Source of the DNA: Monocercomonoides exilis PA203
Lineage: Eukaryota > Protista > Preaxostyla
Length of the DNA stretch: 64,000 nucleotides
Direction of reading: 5' to 3'
Assembly: GCA_001643675.2 (NCBI GenBank)
Contig: LSRY02000021.1
Span: 124,001 to 188,000 of the forward strand
Part shown: one piece after another, positions 22,401 to 34,500 of the stretch
Position numbering within the stretch: position 1 is the stretch's first letter
How the letters are laid out: each line of letters begins with the position of its first letter
The notes under the pieces: generated by a model
Database searches by the model: none
Told to the model about the DNA's origin: nothing
What the model saw: the letters and a program-made list of their open reading frames with translations, nothing else
Program-made: the position numbers and the translations under genes

Positions 22401-25400
22401 CCTCATCGCAATTATTTTCATTTGATGATTGCTCATTAACTTTTCAAGACCCCCAGTCAGCGTTATCTTATATCTTTTTGTACGTGTCAGCAGGCGAGGT
22501 TTCTGTTTCATCGTTTAATGTATTGTCCTTGACAATTGAGAATTGTCCATTGATTTGTCTTGATGGAAGCAATGCTGCAGGCACATTCACTTCCATGATC
22601 GTTGAAGATATTTTCTCTGAGACAAATAGCGTTTTGTTTGGGGAGGCTAATGGAGCTTCTTTTTCGATTAAAGATTCAACACTTTCAGTGAAAGCATCTT
22701 CACAAGCAGATTTGCCATCAGGATCCATTCGAGTAATTTCCTCAAATTCAGCCAAGATGCTGAAGCTCACAAACAACACGATGAGTGGATTCAAAGGAGA
22801 TGGAGGAGATGGAGGAGCAATGGAATGCACGCTTGAGAAAGATTGCTCTCTGGAAATAATTGGAGGGTTGATATCTGAGTGTGAGAGCAAAGGAGGAAAT
22901 GGAGGAGGATTGTGGGTTGAGATGAATGAAGGATCGATATTCACTGTTGGAAATATGACAGATGCTAACCAGCTGAGAACAAAAACTTCAAATGACGAAA
23001 GCGGCTTGTTGCAACTTGTGAGTTGCAAGGCAACACACAACACAGATGGAGAATGTGGATATGGAGGAGGGATTTATCTTCATTTGGATGATGGAGCGAG
23101 CTCATTCACTTTGAAGGATGTTTCATTTTCTGGGTGCGATGCGAGAGAAGGGAAAGGAATCTTCATTAATGCGAATGATTTTTCGAGTGTGATAAGCAGA
23201 AGCTCGATTGGATTTGTTGTTGATTTGGATGATGTGTCGAATCTGAATGGGTTTGAGAGATCAACATTGAATGAGATATTTGCCATTCCACTGGTTGTTT
23301 ATTTGTGGAATAATTTTTCAGGGCCTGCACTTGTCGGAGGAAGATCAAGTCATGATTTTTCGTTGTGTGGATATGAGTCATTTCCATGTTCCACAATCTC
23401 CAAGGCAGCATCAGTCCACTTTGAAGGAAAGAAAAAAGACATAACCATTCTTGAAGCATTTGCCTTTCAGGAGGAATTGAGCTTGAGTACAGATGAATGG
23501 AGTATCAAAGGAAAAGAGAATGAAATGAAGTGCGAGGTTTCTGATCAGAAAGATGGAGCTCAAAGTGGTTTGATTGAAAACTCAGCCAGTGCGTCTGTGA
23601 CTGGCATCGTATTTTCTTTGAAGAAATCGCAGACCTTTCATGAAAGTGTGTTTGAGTGTCATTCAGGGAAGCTCATTCTGAATGAATGCGAGATGGAAGG
23701 AGGTACAGAAAGCATTTCGACAGTGTTTGTGAAGGCTGTTGAAGGAGCTGTGGAGATTAATGAGTTTGCAACAAAAGGAGTTACCAAAAGGAGTTCATCA
23801 TTTTTCATTGTAGAGGGAAGTATTAATTCTAGACCTTCGATGAATATGATGAATTGCGATTTTGGAGAAATCTCATTTGATGATGGATGTGTTGTTGAGT
23901 GCCACAACGGAAATATTGAAGAGATGTCTGGATGCACATTTTCATCGATTACTCGTTCGAAGGGAAGTGGAGGATGCATAAGTGTTTCGAACAAGGATGC
24001 TGGAAGAGAATACAAAGTGGAAATCAATAACTGCACATTTGAAGACTGTGCTGTTGTTGGGGAGGAAGAGGAAACTGGAGGAGGTACATTCTTTTTCGAA
24101 GCATCTGCAAACACTAACCTACTAATAAGCAGGTGTAAGTTTTATTGTTGCACAACTCCATTTGAAGGTGAAAGTGTTGGGTTTGGAGGAGGAATAATGT
24201 TGAACTTGTTGAATGAAGAAGAAGCATTATTTGCCATATCCTCACCAACTTTTTCGTCTGATAAGCCAAACAATGCAAAATATGGAAAAGACCTGTTTGT
24301 TTCATCTCCATCACTTATCAACAGCATCAAAAACGAAACATTGCCATTTGTGAAAGACAGATTGGAAATGCTGACTGAAGATTCAATGAGAGGGTATGAT
24401 GGAAGAAACAGAGAATGTGCAATCCCACTGATCTATTTCTGGAAAAATGTTGGGTCGAGTGTGTATGTTGCACTTGAGGGAAACAATGTGGTTGTTTGTG
24501 GTCCGTTGGAGTATCCATGCGCTTCCGTTGATTATGGGCTGAAGCGGGGGAGTAACTTGGGAATTGGGTCGATCACAGTTCAGGGGCTTTGCGACGTGAG
24601 GAGCGAAATAAATATGAGCGGGATGATGCTAGAGGGAACAAATAGAGAATCGGACAAAATCATATTTGTTCAAGCAATTGAAGGAAATGCGAATTCCGTG
24701 GCTGAATGCAAAGGAGTAGTTCAATTCAAAGAAGCGGGGATGGTGATTCCAACTGCCTTTGATAATGGGGCGAGAACACTCATCCAGGCGGGCTCAGATG
24801 CAATCAAAACGAGTATTGTGTATTGCTCAATTCACATTAGTGACAATGCTGAAGGTGAATTGTCATTTGTATTGATCAGTGCAGTAAAAGGAATTGTTGA
24901 GATTGAAAAGACAAAGATGGCAGGGTTGGCATCAATGCATGAGATAATGAGCATATCAGTTGGATGTGTGATAGCCACGAACGATGTAACATTAGAGAAT
25001 ATTTCATTGAGCGGGAAAAGTGCAATTGCGATGAGTGAAACTGTAGTTTCTGGAAGCGAAAATGATAATTCAGAAGTGTGGAATTTTCTATTTGGGAAAT
25101 GCACGTTCGTGAATGTGAAGAACAGCGTGACAAGCAACCCTTCATTGCTTTGCTGTGATGTGCAGAATGAAATGAGATTGAAAATGCAGAATTCAACAAT
25201 AGACGGTTGTGGATCTGGAAGCTCGAACGAAGGAGGTGGAATCTTTTTCCTTCTCAATGAAAGAGGAAGATTGGAGATGAATCACACAAATGTAACAGAT
25301 TGTTTTTGTTCGAACATTGGGAGAGGCGGAGGATTGTTTTTGAAATCACAGAGCATCACACAGGAGATGTTGCCATTTGTGCTGTCGAATATCACATTCA

Positions 25401-28400
25401 AGGGGAATGTTGCATCGAAGGGGAGGGACGTGTTTGTGAAGTGCACTGATCTTGATTCTCAGATTACTGAGTGGCAATTCCTGTTAAATTTTGGAGCACC
25501 ATTTGTAAAGGAGCTGGCGATATGGGGATGCACATCAGATAATTATGGGGATGAAGAGGATCTGTTAGGGAGAGTGTTTGTGTTCAGGAGCGAATTCATA
25601 TTTGTTTCAACGATTGCAGGGAATAGCAGCGATAGCAAGAATTGTGGAGAAATGAAGGGAGCATGCTTATCGCTGAATGTTGGAGTGAGCCACATTATTC
25701 CTTCAGATTATTCTCAGTTGTATATCTGGAATGAAACAGCATTAACTGGTTCGTGCTCTGCTCAGAAGGTTACAATCAAGTCGATGGAAGCAAACAGGAA
25801 TGCTGAGATAAAAGTGAGAGAAATTGAGCTTGAGAGTGAGGGAGTTGTGAACACTTCGGAATCTGTTCGATTTGAGAAGCTTTCATTTGTTTTTAGTGGA
25901 ATGCAGAATGCTGTCTGCTCGTGCTTTATGCACCAGCTGAATGGATCTCTTATTCTCGAATCTGTTACATTCCTATCGGAGAGCGGATCAATGGAGAATT
26001 CACGAACCCTTTTTGACTTTTCACTGTTGATTGTTGAAAATGGGTTATTTGAGGCAGATCGATGTAGTGTTAGCCATTTAGGATTCTCAAAGCCAGTATT
26101 CCAGATGTCGAATTCAGAAAGTGCAACATTTGAAGATCTGACGATCCGCGATGTTCGAAGCACAAGTCCAGTGATTGAATGCGGCACAAGTCGGAATTTG
26201 AGCATCCTAAAGTTAGAAGCAATAAACATCACTCTTCAAGATGGCAGCCTGATCTCCTTCAAAGGAAACCTTCCAACTTTGTTTGTTTTATTATCGCAGT
26301 CATCATTCACAAACATCAGCCAATCACAACCAAGTCCTTGCATTATTTGCGCAGCTCAATCCATGACTGGCTTTGAAATGTGTAACTGTTCTTTTCGTGA
26401 GTGCATTTCGGATTGTGTGAAGGGGAGCCAAGTGGTGATGGTGTCAACTGAAAACGTCTTGATGGATTTGTGCCAGTTTGAGGGGAGCCTGATCGATGAT
26501 GCCGAAGAAATGAATGGAATTGCTGATGCCATATGTAAGTGGAATGGTTCGATTATTGATTTGACGAAGAGTTCTGTATTGATGAAAGACACGACAATCT
26601 GCAACTTCTCAAAGGGAGGAATAACAGTGAGAGGAGGATATATGACGATTGAAGCAGGAAACTTCAGCAGCAACAACCCCTCAATTGATAACTATCCATC
26701 TATGAGAAGAAACATCGTTTGCTCTGATTCAGCTTCACTGTCAATTTCCAGCATGAAAGGAGGAGATGGAGTGAAAGATAACTCATCATTGTGGATACTA
26801 AACGAGGGATGCAGCTTTGAAGGGATTGCTTTTGAAAGAGCATCTTCATTTTTCATCCCAGTGTTGGAGAGTATTGAAACAAAAAAGAAAGGAACAGAAT
26901 TGGAGATTGTGTTCAAAGGGAAGCTCCTTCTCCCATGCAACTTGTCGTTCATGGTTGTGATGCAGATTGGGGATGAAAAGCAGATAGAAAAATATGGATT
27001 TGATGAGAGTGGATATTTGAGAGAGACAGAAGTTGAAGGGAGGCTGAAAATGGAGTCAATAAGTGAGGCAGAAGACGAGGCAGAAGTGAAAGTGTGTATT
27101 TTGTTTGGAGATGCCAAAGGCCCATCTTCCACTGATTCTTTCATTCTGAAGAATCAAAGCGAGCCCAAAGTTAATGGAGACGAAAGGATTGCCGAGGGGG
27201 GAAAAGAAGTGAAAATATCATGGGCAGTGATAATTGCAGTGATATTTGCTGTTTTGTTTTTGATTGTTCTAATCATTGCTGTTGCATTTATTGTTCGATG
27301 GAAGAAGTCGAAGAGAAGGACAGAGGAATTGCAAGAGATTGTGAACGATAACATCAGAAAAGATCCGAAGGCGTTTGAAATGATAACGATGGAGATGTCT
27401 CCGGAGGAGCAGTGGAGAAGGGCAGAGAGGGAAGCTGAGAAGAAGAACGATGAAAGGATCAAAAAGAGGGTGTATGAGAAAAGCTTGGGACACTCGGAGT
27501 CATCGGAGCATTTGTTGAGTGAATGCGGATCCACTGAATACATTCTGGGGAAAGATTCAGACAAGATTCCAGATTGGGCATTGGAGAAGTTGGAAGAAGA
27601 CGATGACAACGAAGAGGCGCAAAAGGGATCTCCATCACCATCCATCTCATCCACTTCAACAACAGACACTTCAGACACAGAATCCACATTTGTTCGATCA
27701 GAGAGTCTGTTTCCAACAACCTCATCGATGTCGAATCTGGTGGATGCAATGGCCTGTTCATCACCACACGAGAAGCTGATTGTGGACTTGAGGGATTCGC
27801 TGTTCATGCTGCTTCATGGGAGGAACAAGACAAAAGAGATGGCGATTGGCTCGTTGAAGGAGAGGGAGCAAACTGCTGCTCAGATCCTGTTCTGGGTGGC
27901 GAATGGAGCTCTTCACTCCTTTGATGAAATGGAAAATCCTCTTCAGTCATTATCCAACCTGAGTCCTCACATTGTGCTGTTCTCTGAGCATATGGTCATC
28001 TGCATTGCCATGCATTCAGACTGCTCTTCTGACTCAGACACTTCATCTATCTCTTCAGCTTCTACCATTGTCACATCTTCCTCTGATTGCTCGAGAGCGA
28101 ACAGGAACGGCAGAGGCTCGCCTCCACCATCATCGGCGTTTGAAGATGAGGATGATTTCAAAAAGGAGTGTTTGAGGTGGAAGGCGCCAGAGCTGCTAAT
28201 CAACAAGAAGTTGGGAGCAACCAAGGAGTCTGTGGTATTTTCGATCGGAATGATGCTGTGGGAATGCCTAACTCTGCATATCCCTTTTGGAGAGTATGAA
28301 GCTGTAATAGCAGGGGATAAGATTACAAAAGGAGAAAGGCCGGATATGGCGAATGTGAGCGGGTCAACGCTCAGCCGTCTTGTTTCAGTTTGCTTTTTCC

Positions 28401-28582
28401 AGCAGAACGAGCAGAGGCCCAAGCTTGCTGATATGAAGAGAGAGCTTATCCAGCGATTCCCGCCAGGCTCTGTAATCCTCACGGCCTCAGATGCAATTGA
28501 CGATGGAGCAGAAAGTGGATACTATGCGAGTAAAGATGGTGGTGGGGACTATTCTGGCAGCGCTGCGGCTTCCAATGAATAG
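19406..28582 (+). CDS. Giant intronless type-I membrane receptor-pseudokinase (3058 aa); N-terminal variant B
   Basis: The last 2480 aa are identical to the 9788-18811 protein. The first ~578 aa are homologous but diverged (CGGALYVHDNQNAKLTV vs CGGALYVHDNPNATLTV). The true start may be a downstream Met. Confidence 0.9.
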   Translation: MNRNQKSRIKMMNVTKNPIMIAFFLMVHSFQSFVKCIEINKAQERFSLLNDDIQTRIKDSQLIGTEEFLKEKEQVNFDYSSKISNLDLMLINDRRDFAEILSSMIETNASIIVSSLRFNTFGAKRSISIDASSKCEFEHITIVVSEKMIVSPVHCHGLLNLFNVSYLSPKYQQINSLVSTSQTASLRLSESSFCNFEIIDYENFLHCGFCSLEEISKCSFFNITQYHMTINEKIKLGALKSVLDNCQICDTTNGLQGGVICGTVHSSSFSSTNSSFINNMRIENSLNKKNELNATDTQLFELNEWVNEIAECGGALYVHDNQNAKLTVLNSSFLNCKATKTYGGGIFGFNISELVVENCIFNNCVCSMLEKDGGGGGVCCNQILSQVIFSNSLFKDCWSGNDGGGLSVWYCTCQIQDACITDCLFNNCSGNKESSSAGGACDFVLCNSKTESKSCCFLNCVSKGVAGGIYFNNSNSKTELLLFFCFFHNNTARIGGCDVVLFAAKNNQIDSTCITTRTTGNRVSISWGATNNTNEWLINVGGRLRYVSHFTNKNDSRDRYFCGFDQAHPCATVCHCLSQMISGFVEEIKVLSGTVVEGKGIEIGEKTISVNGVSPSGSSIETQFEGNGQSLFCVGTGELNVSDLSVIHNSSIENNRRSRLFEVQGTGGINLERLNISMDADHSEERSIQNSLMKLKGGNLKMKDVRWEQTFSTASLISLSQGSLVTLSLDNCTFSNIVKTTGGSSLMNVDEGSYSITLEGCTIDGCGSEASEFGGGMLVEVESGSSLNVKGGVVKNCFASTIQGRGGGTGLKVKDIGTDFHISSAFEGNRAKWGSDIFVDSIDLNSTAKSRKITSLTASFDTKGKIQGYDNGNDTFPIPMCVYLIPLPEEIIVSNVDTFDYFYCGFSEVPCLTLRHSLTRQEKEKKIVVDGMIEIQYELSFDSFKHTIRGKDGSSGWKVSNDPNGVRESMITVSVNANMSSLVFSVPSVLPNHEAFFGSSSQLFSFDDCSLTFQDPQSALSYIFLYVSAGEVSVSSFNVLSLTIENCPLICLDGSNAAGTFTSMIVEDIFSETNSVLFGEANGASFSIKDSTLSVKASSQADLPSGSIRVISSNSAKMLKLTNNTMSGFKGDGGDGGAMECTLEKDCSLEIIGGLISECESKGGNGGGLWVEMNEGSIFTVGNMTDANQLRTKTSNDESGLLQLVSCKATHNTDGECGYGGGIYLHLDDGASSFTLKDVSFSGCDAREGKGIFINANDFSSVISRSSIGFVVDLDDVSNLNGFERSTLNEIFAIPLVVYLWNNFSGPALVGGRSSHDFSLCGYESFPCSTISKAASVHFEGKKKDITILEAFAFQEELSLSTDEWSIKGKENEMKCEVSDQKDGAQSGLIENSASASVTGIVFSLKKSQTFHESVFECHSGKLILNECEMEGGTESISTVFVKAVEGAVEINEFATKGVTKRSSSFFIVEGSINSRPSMNMMNCDFGEISFDDGCVVECHNGNIEEMSGCTFSSITRSKGSGGCISVSNKDAGREYKVEINNCTFEDCAVVGEEEETGGGTFFFEASANTNLLISRCKFYCCTTPFEGESVGFGGGIMLNLLNEEEALFAISSPTFSSDKPNNAKYGKDLFVSSPSLINSIKNETLPFVKDRLEMLTEDSMRGYDGRNRECAIPLIYFWKNVGSSVYVALEGNNVVVCGPLEYPCASVDYGLKRGSNLGIGSITVQGLCDVRSEINMSGMMLEGTNRESDKIIFVQAIEGNANSVAECKGVVQFKEAGMVIPTAFDNGARTLIQAGSDAIKTSIVYCSIHISDNAEGELSFVLISAVKGIVEIEKTKMAGLASMHEIMSISVGCVIATNDVTLENISLSGKSAIAMSETVVSGSENDNSEVWNFLFGKCTFVNVKNSVTSNPSLLCCDVQNEMRLKMQNSTIDGCGSGSSNEGGGIFFLLNERGRLEMNHTNVTDCFCSNIGRGGGLFLKSQSITQEMLPFVLSNITFKGNVASKGRDVFVKCTDLDSQITEWQFLLNFGAPFVKELAIWGCTSDNYGDEEDLLGRVFVFRSEFIFVSTIAGNSSDSKNCGEMKGACLSLNVGVSHIIPSDYSQLYIWNETALTGSCSAQKVTIKSMEANRNAEIKVREIELESEGVVNTSESVRFEKLSFVFSGMQNAVCSCFMHQLNGSLILESVTFLSESGSMENSRTLFDFSLLIVENGLFEADRCSVSHLGFSKPVFQMSNSESATFEDLTIRDVRSTSPVIECGTSRNLSILKLEAINITLQDGSLISFKGNLPTLFVLLSQSSFTNISQSQPSPCIICAAQSMTGFEMCNCSFRECISDCVKGSQVVMVSTENVLMDLCQFEGSLIDDAEEMNGIADAICKWNGSIIDLTKSSVLMKDTTICNFSKGGITVRGGYMTIEAGNFSSNNPSIDNYPSMRRNIVCSDSASLSISSMKGGDGVKDNSSLWILNEGCSFEGIAFERASSFFIPVLESIETKKKGTELEIVFKGKLLLPCNLSFMVVMQIGDEKQIEKYGFDESGYLRETEVEGRLKMESISEAEDEAEVKVCILFGDAKGPSSTDSFILKNQSEPKVNGDERIAEGGKEVKISWAVIIAVIFAVLFLIVLIIAVAFIVRWKKSKRRTEELQEIVNDNIRKDPKAFEMITMEMSPEEQWRRAEREAEKKNDERIKKRVYEKSLGHSESSEHLLSECGSTEYILGKDSDKIPDWALEKLEEDDDNEEAQKGSPSPSISSTSTTDTSDTESTFVRSESLFPTTSSMSNLVDAMACSSPHEKLIVDLRDSLFMLLHGRNKTKEMAIGSLKEREQTAAQILFWVANGALHSFDEMENPLQSLSNLSPHIVLFSEHMVICIAMHSDCSSDSDTSSISSASTIVTSSSDCSRANRNGRGSPPPSSAFEDEDDFKKECLRWKAPELLINKKLGATKESVVFSIGMMLWECLTLHIPFGEYEAVIAGDKITKGERPDMANVSGSTLSRLVSVCFFQQNEQRPKLADMKRELIQRFPPGSVILTASDAIDDGAESGYYASKDGGGDYSGSAAASNE

Positions 28583-31500
28583 AGCTTTTGATGTTTCGAG
28601 CAAAAGTTCCAAGGCTTCGTCATCCTGATGAAAATACTGAGGCTTCTTAGCCATTATTGCAAATGGATCTGGTCAACCTGCAGCAGCCTCAAAAACTCTG
28701 CTCACATTTCTTAACGGCACCTCAATGCTTTATCGCATTTTTGCCTCATTTTCTTGTTTTCTTTCTTTCTCTCGCTCTCTCTCCTGTTCTCACTGAAATT
28801 TTATCATTCACTTCATTGTTTTTTTGATTTCCTTTTACTAAAAAGGGTGTTGAAATAAGCGTGCAAGCAAAGAGTCATTTAATTTTTGCGAGTGCAAATA
28901 TTTGCAGAAGCACTTTTCCGCAACCTATCAAATGAGATGCATACGATAGATAATGCTGGACAGAAGTTTTTTGCTTCCATTCATCCAAAACAAACAAAAA
29001 ATTATCCAATTTTCTCGCACAAATCGTACACCTTCATTAAATAAAATTTCCTCTCATAAAACTGGAATATACACAGAATCACAAAACCAACACAAAAGTA
29101 TTCCGGCTGGCCCGAATAATTTGTAAAAAATGAGCAACTATCAGCAGCAGCCAATTTAAAGCATTCCTAAATCACAAAACTAAATAAAACTCCTCATATC
29201 GTTCGCTTGTGATGTTTCCATGCTTTGCTCCGCTGTCCGCCCCAGCAAGTGCGACGCAGTTGACACAGGTCCTCCGAGCCATGTGAAACAGTCTGCTGAC
29301 TTACGCCAATTCGTAATCATTCTCACATGCACCAGAGCAAATATAACTGTGTTTGCAGACACTCCGAGCACTCCTTCTACGTCGATACAAATCCCACCAT
29401 CGGAGTTGAATAAGCCGCCGAAGGGTATCCAATTGTCGAAGACCCTGAAAATACGTCAGTTGGCAGCGACAATGATGATAAAGACGATGCATATGAACTG
29501 CGCGTGTGCGAAAATGCTTCTCCTCTTTCGTTTTTCGCCTCTTCGTTTTTGCCCCGTTTTCCTTGTAATTTCTCCCTCTCCTGTGTTGGCGTAAGCGTCC
29601 TGCTGCCATCCAGCGCACCCCTCTTCTCCCGAGGCGATTTCTCAACCCCCTTTACCTGGCTCAGGCGCAGCAGTGGGACATCCATGAACCCAGCACTTCT
29701 TCCCGTCTGCTCTCCGCTCGTTCTCTCTGTCCAACGCTCCTGGCCTTCTCCTCCGCTCTTCCATCCGTCTGATGCCCCAAGCCCTAGCTTCGGCTCCACA
29801 CCCAATCCACTTGTCCGCGATGTCGGCGACCCAAACAGAAACGTAGATACTGTGGCTGCCGATGGCTCTGATGTCGTGATAAATGAAAGACGTGGCCCCT
29901 TCTCGTCGCTTGCTTTGTGCCGCACTGGCCGCGGACGGAAGCGATATGGCTCAAGCTCATCTGGTTCTGGTGAGCTCGGCGACGTTGCCTGCAGCGGCTC
30001 CCCTAATCCGTCTCCTGCGGATCCATTTTGTGCTTCAGCTTCCCCCTCTAATTTCTCTCGCTCCTTCTCCCCTTCATCCTCGTGCCCCTCGTCCTGGACA
30101 TTGTCCTGGTCTTTTTGCTGTGTTTCCTTTTCCGCTTCTTTCGTCATTCTGCTCTGCCTCGCTCCACCCTGCTCTTCATGCTCCGTGCTCTCTCCCGTTC
30201 CACTTTCTTTTTCATCTCCACTTCTGTCTTCTCCATCTTCATTTCCACTCTCATTTGCATCTTCGCTATCGCCAGCCCGTTCGTATCTCCAAGGATGATG
30301 GCGGTGGCGGTGGTGCGGATGCTGATGGTGGTGGTGTTGGTGGTGGCGGCTGTGGCAATGTTCATCGTCATCCACTTGCAACATCTCCTCCTCTTCTCCT
30401 GGCTGCACAGAATCCCTTAGCACCATCCGCTCCACCATCCGCTGCGGATAAACACGGACAACACTGTCTGGCTGCGAATACAAAAACGTCATCTCCTTTC
30501 GGCTTCTCGCTGTCGCAGGCGCAGACGCCCTTCCCTCCGCCCCTTCTCCAAACCTTCTCCCTCTCGGTGTCTCTCCCTCAAAATCCTCCCCAAACTCCTC
30601 ATCTCTCCTTCCTCTTCCAATCTTTGTTCTTCCCTCTGCCTCCTTTCCTTCTCCTCTCTCATCCTCCATCCTGTCGCAATTCTCGCTGCCTTCTCCCCTT
30701 TCTCCTTCTTCTCCTTCTTCTCCTTCTTCCCCTTCCTCTCTTCCATCGTCTGCTTCTGCCTCTGTTTCTGTTTCTGCTTCTGCTTCTGCTTCTGATCCTC
30801 TTCTCGTCTGCTCTTCCACACCCCACTCATCTCCCCTCCACACTCGCCCTTTCTGCCTCTGCTCCAAATAGAACTCTCTCCTCGCTTCCTCTCTCCTCTG
30901 CCTCGCAAGCATCGTCTCGCTCATCTCCATCGCCCTCCTCTTCGCGTTCTTCTCTCCCAGCTTTCGGTTCAGCTCCCGCCTTATCTCCCGCATCTTCACT
31001 GCCCCTTCCCTCCGCTCCCGCTCCTTCTCGTCCTCCCGCAGCATCACTGACACCTTGTACTCTTCCCCCACAATCATCTTCTTCTGCGCCGTCGTCAGGC
31101 ACGAAAGCTCCGATTCCTTAAAGAACTCCCCCCGCGGCTTCAGCAGCAGCAGCGTCGGCGACACCCCTTCTGCTGCCCCAGCTGCCCGCCGCCGCCGCAG
31201 CTCCTGCTTCCCCGACCCTGCCCGCTCTGCCTCCCGCCGCTCTTCATACTCCCGCATCCGCGCCAGGTTCTGCCGCTGCTCCTGCATCTTCCGCTCAAAC
31301 AGCCCAATCGACTCCTGCACTTTGTTCGTCGCCCGCCCGCTCCCGCCACGCCGCCCCGCCCCATACGGCACACCATACGACACCCCGCTGCCTCCCAACG
31401 GCCCCACACCAACGCCACCCCAGCTGCTCCCTGCTCCCAGCCCCGTTCCAGTTCCAGTCCCAATCCCATTCCCATTCCCAGTCCTATTCCCGTTCACATT

Positions 31501-34500
31501 CCCTTGCCACGTCTGCCGCGCAGAAACAAGCGGCGGAAGAATGTGATCTGTCTCTGAAGCAGCATTCACACAAAAGTCAATCAATAATCATTATATCATC
31601 CATTTAAAGTTCAATATTGGTTAATAATAAAATAAAAAACAAAAATAAGCTGGCTTGCTCATAACATCCTTTTCTTTTCTTTTCTTTTCTTTTCTTTTCT
31701 TTTCTTTTCGGCTCCTGCTTCTCCTCCCACACACCGTTTCCTGTCCTCCCGCATCCCTCAATTTTCGACGGCGGCGCATCATATGCCGCATACACCTCTT
31801 CTCCTGTCACCGGCAGCAGCAGCTCGCTTCCACTCGTGTTCCGCACACCTGCCCCGCTCTTCCCTCCCCCTCCCCCGCGCACCCCGTCCTCGCTCCCTCC
31901 CCGCTCCTCTCCCCTCCTCCCATTCCAGCTCAGCCCCATCCTCCTCCCCATCCCCTTTCCCTTTCCCTTTCCCTTTCCTCCTTCCTGCTCCTCTTTCTGC
32001 TCCTTCGCCAGCGCAAGCTGCCTCTTCCGCGCCTCCCTCTGCTTCTCAAACAGCTTCTGCGTCGCTGCCCGCGATGCTGCCGCTGCTTCTCTTTCCAGCT
32101 CCAGCGCCTCGTCTGCTGCACTCACCACAACAGACGACCCGCTGAACGAATGCCTCAACACTGAAACCAACCCCGATACATACATACATACATACATACA
32201 TACATACATACATAGTGAAAGAGAAATAAAATGGAAAAAATAAAATAAAAAATAAAAATAAAAACACTTTATTATTTCTTTTGTTTCTTTTGTTTCTTTT
32301 TTTTTCTTCAAAACTCTCTCACTCGCCAGCCCACCCACCCGCTCATTTGCACACCTGGCATTGTTGCCGACATGCTCTGTGTGATAAATGTGCCACTTCC
32401 TTCGCCCCCTTCTTTTCCTCCTCTTTCTCCTCTTTCTCCTCTTTCTCCTTTTCGCTCTCTCCGCTTTGTTCTCTCCGCAAACGGATCCACCCCGCTCCGC
32501 CCATCCACCGCCGCGTTGTACACACGCAGCGGCACCGCCAGCCGCTCCACCCGCTCTGCCCCGCTCAGCCCCTTCGCCTCCTCCTCCGCCGCATCCCGGC
32601 ACCGCACCCCGCGGATCGCCCCCTTCTGCCCCACAAAATACTCCAGCTCCTCTGCCCGCACATACTTCGACTGCACTATCGCTGCCCAGTGCAGCGACCG
32701 GAACCGCGCCGACGCTGGCGGCGTCTTCACTCGCACCAGCCGCTCCGGCAGCTGATGCACTGGCACCGTGCACACCCCTCCGACACCGGATTCTCCGACA
32801 CCGGCGGGTGGAACACGTGGTATGCCGGCACCCTCCTCCCTCCATCTCCTGCCCTTTCACCCTCACCCTTCTTCTTCTTCTGTTTCTGTTTATGCCTTTC
32901 TCTTTCTTTCCTATTGTTGTTGCTGCCATTGTTGTTGCTGTTGTGCTCTGCCTCTTCCTCAATCACCGATGGCGACAGAGTGGCCAGCGATCTTTCCGAC
33001 TCATCCTCTGCTTCTGTCTCCGACCCCCAACTCGACTCGCTCGACGACCAAACTGACTCCGACTCTGCCATCGAATCCTCCTCTTTCTTCCCTTTCTTCC
33101 CTTTCTCTTCCTCTTTTTCCTTCCCTTTCTCCTCTTCCTTCTCTTCCTTCTCTGACACATCATCCAAGCACATATCTCTCTCTTTCCCCTCCTTCTCCTT
33201 CTCCTTTCTCTCTTTCATCGCTTCTGCTCGCTCCCGCTCCTTCCGCAAAATCCACCGCTCCCGCCGCCGCTCCCTCCGCCGCCGCTCCATCTCCTTCTTC
33301 TGCTCCTCCGGCCCCACAAACAGCGACGTCCGCGACTCCCACCCCGGCGGCGCAGGCATCTCCAGCGGGAAGAAGCACTCCCGCAGAAACTCCGGATTCG
33401 GGATAAACGTGTTCTGCTGCTCCGCGTCAATCTCCTCCGACGACCGCGCCAGCCCATACGTCACATTCGGGTCTGCAAACACGTGGAACACACGCTTCGA
33501 GTGCGGTCGCCCATGGAAGTTCGCTGGCTTTGCAGTTGCCCCTTCCCCTCCTCCTCTTCCTCTTCCTGCCTCTCCTTTCATCCCATCCACTCTGCTCCTC
33601 TCCCAAACACCCCTTTCCCGAGCCCTCGCCATCTCCGCTGCATCGTTCAGCGTCGTCCCCTCCACATTCGACTTCTCCAGCGCTCGCCGCGTGAACGAGC
33701 TCATCAGCACAGACGCCCCGCCAATGCCCCTCCCCCGTCGCTCTCCCCGGTCTGTCATCCACCCGCCTGCTGGCTGCCTCTTCCTCTCAATCCCTCTCCC
33801 ACTCCCACTCCCAATCTCCGAAGATGCACCTGCAAATGCACCCCGCCTCCCCACGCCCTGTCTCAGCGGCGCTGGCGGCGCACGCACAACTCGCAGCGGG
33901 TTGTGCGACAGCTGCGACACACTGCTGCTCTGCGGCAGCACATCCCGAGCACTCGGCGCACTCCACGACGCCGGCTCCCTCGCCACCCTGCTCGAGCCCT
34001 GCGACCCTCCCGCCGCCTCAAAAGACAGCGTGCCAGAGCAAAGTGCATTCTGCTGCTGCTGCTGCCCCGCTGGCGGTGACGCAACAAGCATCGGAATCCA
34101 CCGCGCTGTCATCCCTCCTTTCTCACGGGTCTTTCCCATTTCTCCTTCCTTTTCTGCCTCTTCTGCTCCTCCCTTTTCTCCTCCTTCATCTCCTCCTTCA
34201 CTTCCCTTGTCTCTCTTCCCTTCCTTCCCTCCAGATGTCCCACCTGCCCCGCCTGTCGCAATCGAGATCCCCGTCATCTGGATCGTCTGCATCAGCTTCT
34301 GCGCCGACCGCTCCTTCGCCTTCCGCTCCCGCTCCCCTTTCTTCTCGCTCGCCTCCCTCATCGCCCCCAGCGTCCTCTCCACCGTCTCCGGGTCATACAG
34401 CACCCGCGTCCCTGCCCGCAGCGACGCCAGCTCCTGCGACAGACTCGCCCGCCCCATGTCGTTCAGCTGGTCGAAAATAACAGCAATAACAACCACAAAA

